64,000 nucleotides of DNA from Actinomycetota bacterium (GTDB taxonomy: Bacteria > Actinomycetota > Coriobacteriia > Anaerosomatales > Anaerosomataceae). The translations under genes and the position numbers were made by a program. Within the stretch, counting starts at the first letter, position 1, and every line of letters begins with the position of its first letter. Of the stretch, positions 9,033-17,924 are shown piece after piece. The stretch spans positions 666,919 through 730,918 of the forward strand of contig RCMX01000006.1 of NCBI GenBank assembly GCA_004348925.1, in the 5' to 3' direction. The notes under the pieces were generated by a model that had not been told where the DNA came from, searched no databases, and saw only the letters and a list, made by a program, of their open reading frames with translations.

Positions 9033-9956
9033 TCAGCTTCTGACCACCCGCGAGAACCGGCGGCGGATGCCGCGCTTCGGCTGTAGTGCGGGATGGCCGA
9101 ATATCACGGCCACGCCCGGACGGACGCGGTCCGGCAGCCCCCATCGCCTGCGGAATCGCTTGCTGTAGAAGGCAGCGTAGCCGGCGAATCCGAGCATACA
9201 ACTCCCGAGTCCGAGCGACTCGGCTGCGACAACTGCGAGGGTCGCCGGGATGTGCGGGTCTGCGGGATCGTTCATGCCGGTGCCGTAGAACACCATCGCG
9301 AGCGGCGCGTCGTACATCAGCCAGTCCTCACCCCTGGCCTCGGCGGCGAAGTACTCCTCCATCGCGGGGAAGACGAAGTCACGCAGCATCGCGTAGTCGC
9401 TCCCGCGCATGAACGGCCGTGATAGCGGCAGCATCGGTCGCAGCCAGCGGTACGCGCTCCGCATCCAGTTGAGCGTGTCGCTTGCGAAGGAACGCACCCG
9501 ATCGCGTCCCTCAAGCACGAGAACGCCCACCTCGGAAGGAGGAACGCCCATCGGAGCGGTGACCGCGGCCTCGAGAATGCGGTCCACGGTTTCGGGGCTG
9601 ACATACCGTGCGGTGAACCTGCGCGTTGAGCGCCGGTGCTGGAGCAGCGCCATAAGCGAGGCGTAGTCGGCCTGCTCGGCGCGTGCCGGCAACGCGAAAA
9701 CGTCCGAGGCGAGCAGGTCGCGCCCGGACACGCTCACTGCACCCGTGGGGCATACGGCCAGGCACGACGCGCATCCGACGCAGCCGAACAGTCGCGTCGG
9801 GTCGATCTCCACGCGGCCATCGCGCATATCGAGCGGCTTGCCGAAGCACACCCTGGCGCACGCGCCGCATGAGGTGCAGATCTCGCGATCGATCGTGACG
9901 GTCGCGGTGGCGGAACCGTCGTGCGTCGTTGGAAGACCCATCGACAACCCTCGCAA
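9033..9956 (-). CDS. ferredoxin (2x[4Fe-4S])-nitroreductase family fusion protein
   Basis: N-terminal CTSCGACARVC and CVGCASCLAVCP clusters. C-terminal nitroreductase-like domain. Confidence 0.7.
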   Translation of the reverse strand: MRGLSMGLPTTHDGSATATVTIDREICTSCGACARVCFGKPLDMRDGRVEIDPTRLFGCVGCASCLAVCPTGAVSVSGRDLLASDVFALPARAEQADYASLMALLQHRRSTRRFTARYVSPETVDRILEAAVTAPMGVPPSEVGVLVLEGRDRVRSFASDTLNWMRSAYRWLRPMLPLSRPFMRGSDYAMLRDFVFPAMEEYFAAEARGEDWLMYDAPLAMVFYGTGMNDPADPHIPATLAVVAAESLGLGSCMLGFAGYAAFYSKRFRRRWGLPDRVRPGVAVIFGHPALQPKRGIRRRFSRVVRS

Positions 9957-10042
9957 TCAAGTGGTCTCTCGGCCAGATGAGAATCGTATCAGAGTCGCGG
10001 CGAAGTCTTCGCTCCGACACCGTCACGGATGCGGAGCCGCGC

Positions 10043-10882
10043 CTAGACCGACAGCAGCGCGATACCGATGAGTGCGACGCCCAGCCCCACGATCTGGTGG
10101 CGGGCCAGATGTTCCTTGATGGTCACGCGAGCGAGCAGTGCCGTGACGGCCGGGTAGAGCGATCCCACGACGGCCGCAACCGCGATCGGGCCGCTCTGCA
10201 CGGCGAGCAGCATGAAGACCGTCGCGACCGTCTCCACGAGTCCGGCAGCGATGGTCGCCAACAGCACCGGGCGCGCGGGTACCAGGCCGCGCGTCGTGAT
10301 GAGAGCACCAGTGCCGAGCACGCCGACTGACACGACCCTCAGGATCACCGCAGGCCACAGCCCGCTCGCGGCGCCCGTGTTCGAAAGCAGGATGAACGAG
10401 CCCGAGAAGAAGACGCCGGCCAGGATGGAGAAGCCGAGTGCCACCCGGCTGAGGGGCTCGTGCCCCTCGGCCCGGGGGATGCTGACGAGCAGGATCGCCA
10501 CGAACACGACGGCGAGCCCCGAGACGCTCATCGCAGCGAGCCGCTCGCCGATCAGCGTTCCGTAGAGCACCGGCAGCGATGCGCCGATCGCCGCGGTGAT
10601 CGGCGCGACGACACCCATGCGCCCGGCACGCAGCGCGGCGTAGAGCGAGAAGATCCCGATTCCGCCACTGACGCCGGCGGCAGCCCCCCACAGCAGGTCG
10701 TTCGGCGAGACAGACGACGCGCCCCACAGCAGCGCGGCGACCAGCATGCCGGCAAGACCGGCTATGTGAGAGAACGCGGCGACTCGGACGGGCCTCTCGG
10801 ATCTGCTGGCGTTGCCACCAATGAAGTCCGAAATACCGTAGCCGAGCGCCGTGCCGCTCGAGAGCAGCAAGGTGAGAAGCAT
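10043..10882 (-). CDS. EamA/DMT family transporter
   Basis: 10-TM hydrophobic profile with duplicated EamA-type halves. Confidence 0.7.
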   Translation of the reverse strand: MLLTLLLSSGTALGYGISDFIGGNASRSERPVRVAAFSHIAGLAGMLVAALLWGASSVSPNDLLWGAAAGVSGGIGIFSLYAALRAGRMGVVAPITAAIGASLPVLYGTLIGERLAAMSVSGLAVVFVAILLVSIPRAEGHEPLSRVALGFSILAGVFFSGSFILLSNTGAASGLWPAVILRVVSVGVLGTGALITTRGLVPARPVLLATIAAGLVETVATVFMLLAVQSGPIAVAAVVGSLYPAVTALLARVTIKEHLARHQIVGLGVALIGIALLSV

Positions 10883-10921
10883 GTCACGTCCTTACGCGCA
10901 CGAGCGCGACGGGTCGGTCAC

Positions 10922-12757
10922 TTACGGCGCCTTGCCCACCTTGAGGGTGACGGTGGTGCCCTTGGTCACCTTGGTAGTGGGGAGCGGATCCTGGTTGATG
11001 ACGATGCCCACGTCCGGACTGACCTCATAGACCACGTTGACCTTGAGGCCGAGCCCCTCGAGCTCCGCGCGAGCGTCCGCCTCGGTCATGCTGGTGTAGT
11101 CGGTCAGCGTGACGGTGCCGGGGCCCTTGGAGACCACGATCGTTATCGTCGAACCCGCATCTACCGACACATCGGCATCGGGGTTCTGGCTCACGACGGT
11201 GCCGGTCGGCACGGTATCGCTGAAGTCCTGCGTGACCTTCACCTTGAAGCCGGCAGCCTTGATCGCCGCCTCGGCGTCGGCCTGCTTCTTGCCGACGGTA
11301 TCCGGCACTTTGGCAAGCTCGGTTCCCTTGGAGATCACAAGCGTCACCTTGGAGCCCTTGGGAACCTTGGCTCCGCTCGTGGGTTCGCTCGAGATGACCT
11401 GCCCCTCCGGCACGTCTTTGCTGAATTCGCGCACAACGGGCACGGAGACCACCAGGCCGACACCCTCGATGGTGGTGACAGCATCGGCCTCGGTCATGCC
11501 GATCACCACAGGAACCTCGACCTGCTCGATACCCGCCGAGATGACCAGGTTGATAGCGGATCCCTTCTTCACCCGACCGCCCGCGACGGGATCTTGCCGC
11601 ATGACCTGACCCAGCTCGTATTCCTCGCTGTTCTCAGTCGTCACAGTGCCAACGATGAGTCCCTGCGAGGTGATGGTCGTGCTGGCTTCCTGCTCGGTCA
11701 TACCGAGGACGGTCGGCACGGCGATTGTGCCGCCGCCGAATGCGCCGAGAGCTGCCGCGACGCCGATGCCGAGCGCGAGCAGGACAACCGCCACGAGTAC
11801 CCACACCCACGGCTCCACCCGACGTTGCGGAACCGGACGAAGCTCGGGTGCGGATGCGATGCGCTGACGCTCAGCACGCTCCACGGCGGGCATGACGGAG
11901 GTCTGGTCGGCGTACGTCTGACGGGGGGCGGCTCCAACGGATTCGCCGGTCACGACACGCTTCAGGTCGTCGCGCATCTCCGAGGCGGACTGATAGCGTT
12001 CCGCGGGATTCTTGCGCATCGCCTTCATGATGACGGCTTCAAGCGAGGCCGGTACCGAGGGGCGGATCTGTCGGGGAGGGACGGGCTGCTCGTTGACCTG
12101 CTTGAGCGCCACGGCAACGGGTGTGTCGGCATCGAACGGCAGTCGCCCGGTGGCGAGTTCGTAGAGCGTGACGCCGAGCGAGTAAAGGTCCGAGGCGGGT
12201 CCGAGCGCACGGCCCTGTGCCTGCTCCGGGCTGATGTATTGCGCCGTGCCGAGAACCGAGCCGGTCTGCGTCATCGTCGTGTTCCCGGCGCGTGCGATGC
12301 CGAAGTCCATGACCTTCACGGTGCCGTCGGGCGTGATGACGATGTTGTGCGGTTTGATATCGCGGTGGATGATGTCGTATCCATGCGCCACAGCGAGCGC
12401 AGCGCATGCCTGCATGCCGTACTCGGCCACTTTGACGGGGTCCATCGCGCCGCGCTGCTCGACAAGCGACTTGAGGTCGGTACCGTTCACGTACTCCATG
12501 ACGATGTAGTAGGTCTCGTCATCACGGCCCCAGTCGTAGATGTTCACAATGCTCGGGTGCGAGAGGTTGGCAGCAGCCTGGGCCTCCTGGCGGAATCGCG
12601 CCACGAAGTTGGGCTCAGAGGCGTAGCGGGGGTGCAAGACTTTCACGGCGACCGTGCGTCCCAGCACTTCGTCGACCGCCTTATAGACCTCGGCCATGCC
12701 ACCGGAGCCGATCTTCTCGATGGCTCTGTACCGGCGTCCGAATACCATTTCTTCCAC
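10922..12757 (-). CDS. pknB: Ser/Thr protein kinase with four extracellular PASTA domains
   Basis: Kinase subdomains (GSGGMAEVY, VAVK, HRDIKPHN, DFG). One TM segment. Four PASTA repeats. Last gene of the fhaA...pknB cluster. Confidence 0.9.
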   Translation of the reverse strand: MEEMVFGRRYRAIEKIGSGGMAEVYKAVDEVLGRTVAVKVLHPRYASEPNFVARFRQEAQAAANLSHPSIVNIYDWGRDDETYYIVMEYVNGTDLKSLVEQRGAMDPVKVAEYGMQACAALAVAHGYDIIHRDIKPHNIVITPDGTVKVMDFGIARAGNTTMTQTGSVLGTAQYISPEQAQGRALGPASDLYSLGVTLYELATGRLPFDADTPVAVALKQVNEQPVPPRQIRPSVPASLEAVIMKAMRKNPAERYQSASEMRDDLKRVVTGESVGAAPRQTYADQTSVMPAVERAERQRIASAPELRPVPQRRVEPWVWVLVAVVLLALGIGVAAALGAFGGGTIAVPTVLGMTEQEASTTITSQGLIVGTVTTENSEEYELGQVMRQDPVAGGRVKKGSAINLVISAGIEQVEVPVVIGMTEADAVTTIEGVGLVVSVPVVREFSKDVPEGQVISSEPTSGAKVPKGSKVTLVISKGTELAKVPDTVGKKQADAEAAIKAAGFKVKVTQDFSDTVPTGTVVSQNPDADVSVDAGSTITIVVSKGPGTVTLTDYTSMTEADARAELEGLGLKVNVVYEVSPDVGIVINQDPLPTTKVTKGTTVTLKVGKAP

Positions 12758-12828
12758 TGCGAACTCCCCATCTGCGTTCTACAGCTGCTACCTGCAGATA
12801 CTTGTGGACATTCTACCCTATGCGGTTC

Positions 12829-15576
12829 TCACTTCGTGCGAGCCAGAGCGGCCTCAAGCACCAGCTTCGCCGCGGGCGCCGCGACCTGGCCGCCAACACC
12901 CGCGTTCTCGAGGATGATCGCGATCGCCACCCGCGGGTTCTCTGTGGGCGCGAAAGCGATGAACCAGGCGTGCGTGTCCACGCTCTTGCCCGCCTCGGCG
13001 GTACCTGTCTTGCCGGCAACGGTGACGCCTTTGATCGAGGCTCGTGTGCCCGAACCGCTCTTCACGACCGCGACCATCATGTCCCGCACGGTGGCGGCGG
13101 TCGTTGGGTCGGTTGCTGTGGTCCACGTGCGTGGTTTCGTCACCGAGAGGACAGCCCCGCCTCGGTCGGTGATCGAGTCGACGAGATACGGGCGCATCAC
13201 GACGCCGTTGTTGCCGATGCCTGCGGCGACGAGAGCCATCTGAAGCGCGGTGACCTGTGGACCCGCGGGGCTAGCATGCTCGCCGACCGGTTGGCCGACG
13301 CCAGCCCATGCGGTCTCCCAGCGGGTCATCTCGGCGGGGTCGGGCATGAGTGAGGCCTTCGCGGGGATCTCGAGTGAGGGCGCATCGCCGAAGCCGAACC
13401 GCTCCGTCTGGGCTACGAGCCGTTCGGCGCCGAGCTGGTCGGCCAGCTGCGCGTACACGGTGTTGATGCTGCTCGCGGTCGCCTTCTCGAGGGTGATGGT
13501 GCCGTAGCCGCTGCCGCCGTAGTTGGTGACGGGCGCGCCACCGATCTCGATCCTCGCGGGCCCGGGGTACGTGCTCTTCGGCGTTGCGGTGCCGGCGCCG
13601 ATGGCGCCGGTGAGCGTCACGACCTTGAAGGTCGATCCCGGCGGGTAGAGGCTGACGGCCGCGCGATCCAGGAGCGGCGAGGCGGCTGCTGTTGAGAGCG
13701 AATCCCACGTGCCGTCCACTTTCGCGGGGTCGTACGTGGGACTCGAGGCCATCGCGAGGACCGCGCCCGTCATCGGGTCGATCACGACGCACGCGCCACG
13801 CGTCTTGCCGAGCGCCTTCTGCGCGGCGGCCTGGATCTCGCTGTCGATCGTGAGGCGCACGTCGTTGCCGGGGACCTGCGCGCCGGCGAGCGAGTTCACG
13901 AGGTCGGTGACGCTCGCGAACGTTCGCTTGCCCGTGAGCGCGTCGTTCATGGCGGCCTCGATGCCGGCTCGGCCGTAGCGCGGGCTGTAGTACCCGACGA
14001 TATGTGCGCCGAGCGACCCTTTCGGGTACGTCCGCTTGAACTCGCTGCCCGAGGGGACCGACTCGGCGATGACGACGGCGTCCCGCGTGAGGATCGCGCC
14101 ACGCTCCTGCTGGAGCTCCTCGGCGAGTCCGCGGGTGTTCGCCGGGTTAGCCGCGAGGGCAGCCGCGTCGAAGACCTGCAGGTACGTGAGATTCGCGACC
14201 ACAGCGCCGAGCAGCAGCGTGATGACCACGGCAACCGCGGTGAGCCGTCGGCCGATAGCGACGCGGCCGAGCACGCCGGTTGCGCCGCTCGTGAGCATCT
14301 CGGCCTCGCGACCGGTGGCGGCATCGCCCGCACGCATGAGCACGCCGAGCAGCATGAAGTTGGCCAGCACCGAGGAGCCGCCGTAGCTCACGAACGGAAG
14401 CGTGATGCCGGTGAGCGGGATGAGCCGCGTCACGCCGCCGAGGATGACGAACGCCTGAAGTCCGAACGTGGCGACAAGGCCGACCGCCGTGAACGCGGCC
14501 ATGTCGGAGCGCGCGCGGGTCCCTGTGGCGAGGCCCCGCAAGCAGAACACGAGGAACGCGACGACGATGGCGGCACCGCCGAGCAGGCCGAGCTCCTCGC
14601 CGATCGCGGCGAAGATGAAGTCGGTCTGCACGAACGGGATACGCATCGGGAGACCGCGTCCGGGCCCGACGCCGAGCATGCCGCCAGCGCCGAAGGCGAA
14701 GAGCGACTGCACGAGCTGATAGCCTCGGCCGGCTGCGTCGGCAAACGGGTCGAGCCATATTGCGACGCGCGTCTGCACGTGGTCGAACATCGCGTACGCC
14801 GCTGAAGCGCCCACGGCGAACAGCCCGATTCCGACGACCACGTATCCCGCACGGCCTGTCGCGGCGTAGATCATGATCAGGAAGACGCCGAAGAACAGCA
14901 GACTCGAGCCCAGGTCCTTCTCGGCAACGAGGACGACGAGTGAGAGCGCCCACATGAAGAGCAGCGGGCCGAGATGCTTGAGCGGCGGCAGCCATACTCC
15001 CAGGATCCGCTTGGTCGATACCGAGAGGACCTCGCGGTTCTCGGCAAGGTATGCGGCGAGGAAGAGCACGATGAGGACTTTCGCGACCTCGGCGGGCTGG
15101 AACGACATGCCCGCGAAGCGCAGCCAGAGCTTCGCGCCGTTCACCTCGACGCCGACGATCGCGGGCAGCACGAGCAAACCCACGCCGGCGAGGGCGATGG
15201 TGTACTTGTAGCGCGCGAGGCGCTCGAGCGAAGGCACCACCGCGAGCGTGCCGACGAGCGCTAGCACGCCCGCGAACATCCACAGCACCTGGCTCGCTCC
15301 CGACGCGCTGTCAAGCCGCGTGATGAACGCGACACCGGTGCCGGAGAGCAGGAACGTCACCGGCAGGAGCACGGGGTCCGCGCCCGGCGCGAAGAAGCGG
15401 GCGGCGACGTGTGCGCCAAGGAACGCCGCAAGCAGGCCGAGCGGAACCGCGAGGTCCATCCAGCCGAGCGTGCTGCGAGCGGCGCCATGCACCAGCGCGA
15501 AGAGGAGCGCCACAGCGGGCGCTGCCGCCAGGAGCAAGAAGAGCTCGGTGTCGCGTCGCGAGCGCATCGCGATCAC
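12829..15576 (-). CDS. SEDS glycosyltransferase (RodA/FtsW) fused in-frame to class B penicillin-binding protein transpeptidase
   Basis: 915-aa continuous ORF. N-terminal ~420 aa polytopic FtsW/RodA. Then a linker, a TM segment and a PBP dimerisation plus transpeptidase domain (SxxK-type). Confidence 0.8.
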   Translation of the reverse strand: MIAMRSRRDTELFLLLAAAPAVALLFALVHGAARSTLGWMDLAVPLGLLAAFLGAHVAARFFAPGADPVLLPVTFLLSGTGVAFITRLDSASGASQVLWMFAGVLALVGTLAVVPSLERLARYKYTIALAGVGLLVLPAIVGVEVNGAKLWLRFAGMSFQPAEVAKVLIVLFLAAYLAENREVLSVSTKRILGVWLPPLKHLGPLLFMWALSLVVLVAEKDLGSSLLFFGVFLIMIYAATGRAGYVVVGIGLFAVGASAAYAMFDHVQTRVAIWLDPFADAAGRGYQLVQSLFAFGAGGMLGVGPGRGLPMRIPFVQTDFIFAAIGEELGLLGGAAIVVAFLVFCLRGLATGTRARSDMAAFTAVGLVATFGLQAFVILGGVTRLIPLTGITLPFVSYGGSSVLANFMLLGVLMRAGDAATGREAEMLTSGATGVLGRVAIGRRLTAVAVVITLLLGAVVANLTYLQVFDAAALAANPANTRGLAEELQQERGAILTRDAVVIAESVPSGSEFKRTYPKGSLGAHIVGYYSPRYGRAGIEAAMNDALTGKRTFASVTDLVNSLAGAQVPGNDVRLTIDSEIQAAAQKALGKTRGACVVIDPMTGAVLAMASSPTYDPAKVDGTWDSLSTAAASPLLDRAAVSLYPPGSTFKVVTLTGAIGAGTATPKSTYPGPARIEIGGAPVTNYGGSGYGTITLEKATASSINTVYAQLADQLGAERLVAQTERFGFGDAPSLEIPAKASLMPDPAEMTRWETAWAGVGQPVGEHASPAGPQVTALQMALVAAGIGNNGVVMRPYLVDSITDRGGAVLSVTKPRTWTTATDPTTAATVRDMMVAVVKSGSGTRASIKGVTVAGKTGTAEAGKSVDTHAWFIAFAPTENPRVAIAIILENAGVGGQVAAPAAKLVLEAALARTK

Positions 15577-16697
15577 GGCGTCGTTGTCGACTCGGACGAA
15601 TGCTCGGTCTGCAGGCGGTACGTGGCGACAAGCGAGAACGCTGGCGCGAGCCCGTCTACTCTGACGCCGTTCCGAAGTCGTGCCGCGGTCACAGGGTCGA
15701 GTTCATCGACCGGGATATCCGTGACCGACTCGAGCCAGTTGAGGCTGACACCGGCGAACGAGCCGGGGACGCCGCGGTAGACGGCGACCACGCCATCCCG
15801 CGCGATGAGATACGCCTGAGCCTGCGCGTACGAGTACGTCGCGTACCACGCCCCGGCGACGATCGCCGAGGCTACAAGCACCCACGCCACGCGGGCTGGC
15901 CAGCGGCGCGTGCGTTCGCGCGGGACGGCGTGCTCCACGCGCTGCGCTGGCACCGGCCGTGGTGCGGTGACGGGCGACGAGCCTTCGATGTCCACGACGA
16001 CCGTCGTGATGTTGTCCTGTCCGCCAGCGTCGTTCGCGGCAGCGATCAGGCGCACGACCGCAGCATTCGGCGAGGGTGCCGTCTGCAGGATCTCCTCGAT
16101 CGCGGCATCTTCGACCATGCTGGTGAGCCCGTCCGAGCAGAGCAGCAGCCGGTCTCCCGGCGCGGCCTCAAGCTCGAAGGCATCGACGAGCATGTTCGGG
16201 TCCGACCCCAACGCGCGGGTGATGACGCTGCGATTCGGGTGCACGCGCGATTCCGCCTCGGAAAGCGTACCGGCGCGCACCATATCGGCCACCATCGAGT
16301 GGTCCGCGGTGAGCTGTGTGAGTTCGCCGAGGTGGAGCAGGTACGCCCGGCTGTCACCGACGTGCGCGACGGCGATCCGCGTGCCCTCTACCATCGCCGC
16401 GGTGAGTGTCGTCCCCATCCCGCTGCGACCGAGGCCCAGCTGGGCGCCTTCGATGACTGCGGCGTTGGCGGCGCGTACCGCTCTGCCGAGCGCTTTCGCA
16501 TCGGCGCGGGCCGGCGAATTGCCGAGCAGCGTCTCGATGGCGATCTGGCTGGCGACCTCGCCCGCCTGGTGCCCGCCGAGCCCGTCGGCCACCGCGTACA
16601 GCGGGGGGTTCACGACGTAAAAATCCTCATTGCCCGAGCGCACCAGTCCGACATCGCTTGCGCCCGCGTACGGAAGCGCGCCCTTGCGCGCGCTCAT
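15573..16697 (-). CDS. pstP: PP2C-family Ser/Thr phosphatase with C-terminal TM/extracellular segment
   Basis: PP2C motifs (ADGLGGH, GDSRAYL, LCSDGL). 4-bp overlaps with both neighbours. Confidence 0.85.
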   Translation of the reverse strand: MSARKGALPYAGASDVGLVRSGNEDFYVVNPPLYAVADGLGGHQAGEVASQIAIETLLGNSPARADAKALGRAVRAANAAVIEGAQLGLGRSGMGTTLTAAMVEGTRIAVAHVGDSRAYLLHLGELTQLTADHSMVADMVRAGTLSEAESRVHPNRSVITRALGSDPNMLVDAFELEAAPGDRLLLCSDGLTSMVEDAAIEEILQTAPSPNAAVVRLIAAANDAGGQDNITTVVVDIEGSSPVTAPRPVPAQRVEHAVPRERTRRWPARVAWVLVASAIVAGAWYATYSYAQAQAYLIARDGVVAVYRGVPGSFAGVSLNWLESVTDIPVDELDPVTAARLRNGVRVDGLAPAFSLVATYRLQTEHSSESTTTP

Positions 16698-17113
16698 GCC
16701 CGCACGACCTTGAGCCGGTTGGTGCCGAGTTCGATCATGTCGCCCTCGCGCACGCGAACAGGCCTGGTGAGCGGCTGTCCGTTCACGATGGTGCCGTTGG
16801 TCGAATGAAGATCCTCGGCGATCGCTCCGTCCCCGTCGGGAACGACCTTCGCGTGAATCGAGGAGACGAAGTCGTCTGCGATCACGAGGTCCGCGTCGGG
16901 CGAGCGGCCGATGACGATCGGGCCGGAGAGCTGCAGCGTGACACCGCGCAGTTCGCGCGGACCCTCCGCAACGGTCAGCGCGAGTCCCTTCGCCTTGGTG
17001 CGCACCCCGCCTGAAGCGACCATGCCAACGCCCGTCCGGACGGCCGCGAAGAGGAACAGGTACAGCAGGCCGATGAAGAGGATTCTACCGAACAAGAGGA
17101 TGACGTCTGCCAT
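16694..17113 (-). CDS. fhaB: FHA-domain membrane protein
   Basis: N-terminal TM segment plus a C-terminal FHA domain (GRSPDADLVI...STNGT). Confidence 0.8.
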   Translation of the reverse strand: MADVILLFGRILFIGLLYLFLFAAVRTGVGMVASGGVRTKAKGLALTVAEGPRELRGVTLQLSGPIVIGRSPDADLVIADDFVSSIHAKVVPDGDGAIAEDLHSTNGTIVNGQPLTRPVRVREGDMIELGTNRLKVVRA

Positions 17114-17116
17114 GGG

Positions 17117-17863
17117 CTAGCCCAACGGATCATGGTAGATGAGCTGCGTCACGCCGATCTCGATGACATCGCCGTCACGCAGGCGAGCGCGTGCGACGGT
17201 CTTCCCGTTGAGCAGCGTGCCGTTGGTGGAGTCGAGGTCTTCGATCGCCCAGCCGTCGTCCATGCGGATGAATGCGGCGTGGCGTCGTGACACGTTCACG
17301 TCGGGCAGGTGTATCTGACAGTCCGCGAGTCGACCGACCACGACCTGCTCGCCGCGCAGGGCGACGTCGTGCTCGAGACCGCCGACCGTGACCGTAGCGA
17401 TGCCGCCCTCGGGCGTGATCGTAGGACGCCGCCTGGGGGCATCGGCGTGTCGCTCGGCGGGCTCCTCGGCAAGAGCAGCGCTCACGCGGAACCTGCCGAG
17501 GCGGAGCTCCTCGCTCACGATGAAGCCCACGACCGGTTTCGTCTGTAGAGCGTAGCCAGCCTCGCGTGCGTGATCGACGAGGTAGGTGGCGAGCTCTCCG
17601 CCGAGCGTCGGCTTGAAGGAGCCGAGCTGCTCGTCGTCTTCCGGCGAAAGCGCGACGGTGAAGGACGTGGGTGCGTAGACCTTGCCGACGCCGATGACGC
17701 GACCGTCGTCCATGGCACGTCCGAGCGACTTGGCGAGTTCAGCGGGTTGCACGGGAGAGCGGAAGGCACCCGCGAAGAAGCCCTCGATGCTTGCACCCAT
17801 GCGGTCTTCGAAGTCAGAGAGAATGCCCATGTCACGCCCCGTGCCGGTCGACGCTGCGTTCAT
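17117..17863 (-). CDS. fhaA: FHA-domain protein with N-terminal DUF3662-like region
   Basis: C-terminal FHA signature (GRLADCQIHLPDVNVSRRHA...STNGT). Confidence 0.8.
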   Translation of the reverse strand: MNAASTGTGRDMGILSDFEDRMGASIEGFFAGAFRSPVQPAELAKSLGRAMDDGRVIGVGKVYAPTSFTVALSPEDDEQLGSFKPTLGGELATYLVDHAREAGYALQTKPVVGFIVSEELRLGRFRVSAALAEEPAERHADAPRRRPTITPEGGIATVTVGGLEHDVALRGEQVVVGRLADCQIHLPDVNVSRRHAAFIRMDDGWAIEDLDSTNGTLLNGKTVARARLRDGDVIEIGVTQLIYHDPLG

Positions 17864-17924
17864 CGGTTAAGACTATACCAGCCGTGCGACACGGGACAGG
17901 AGCGGCGTCACCGCACCGTGGCTT

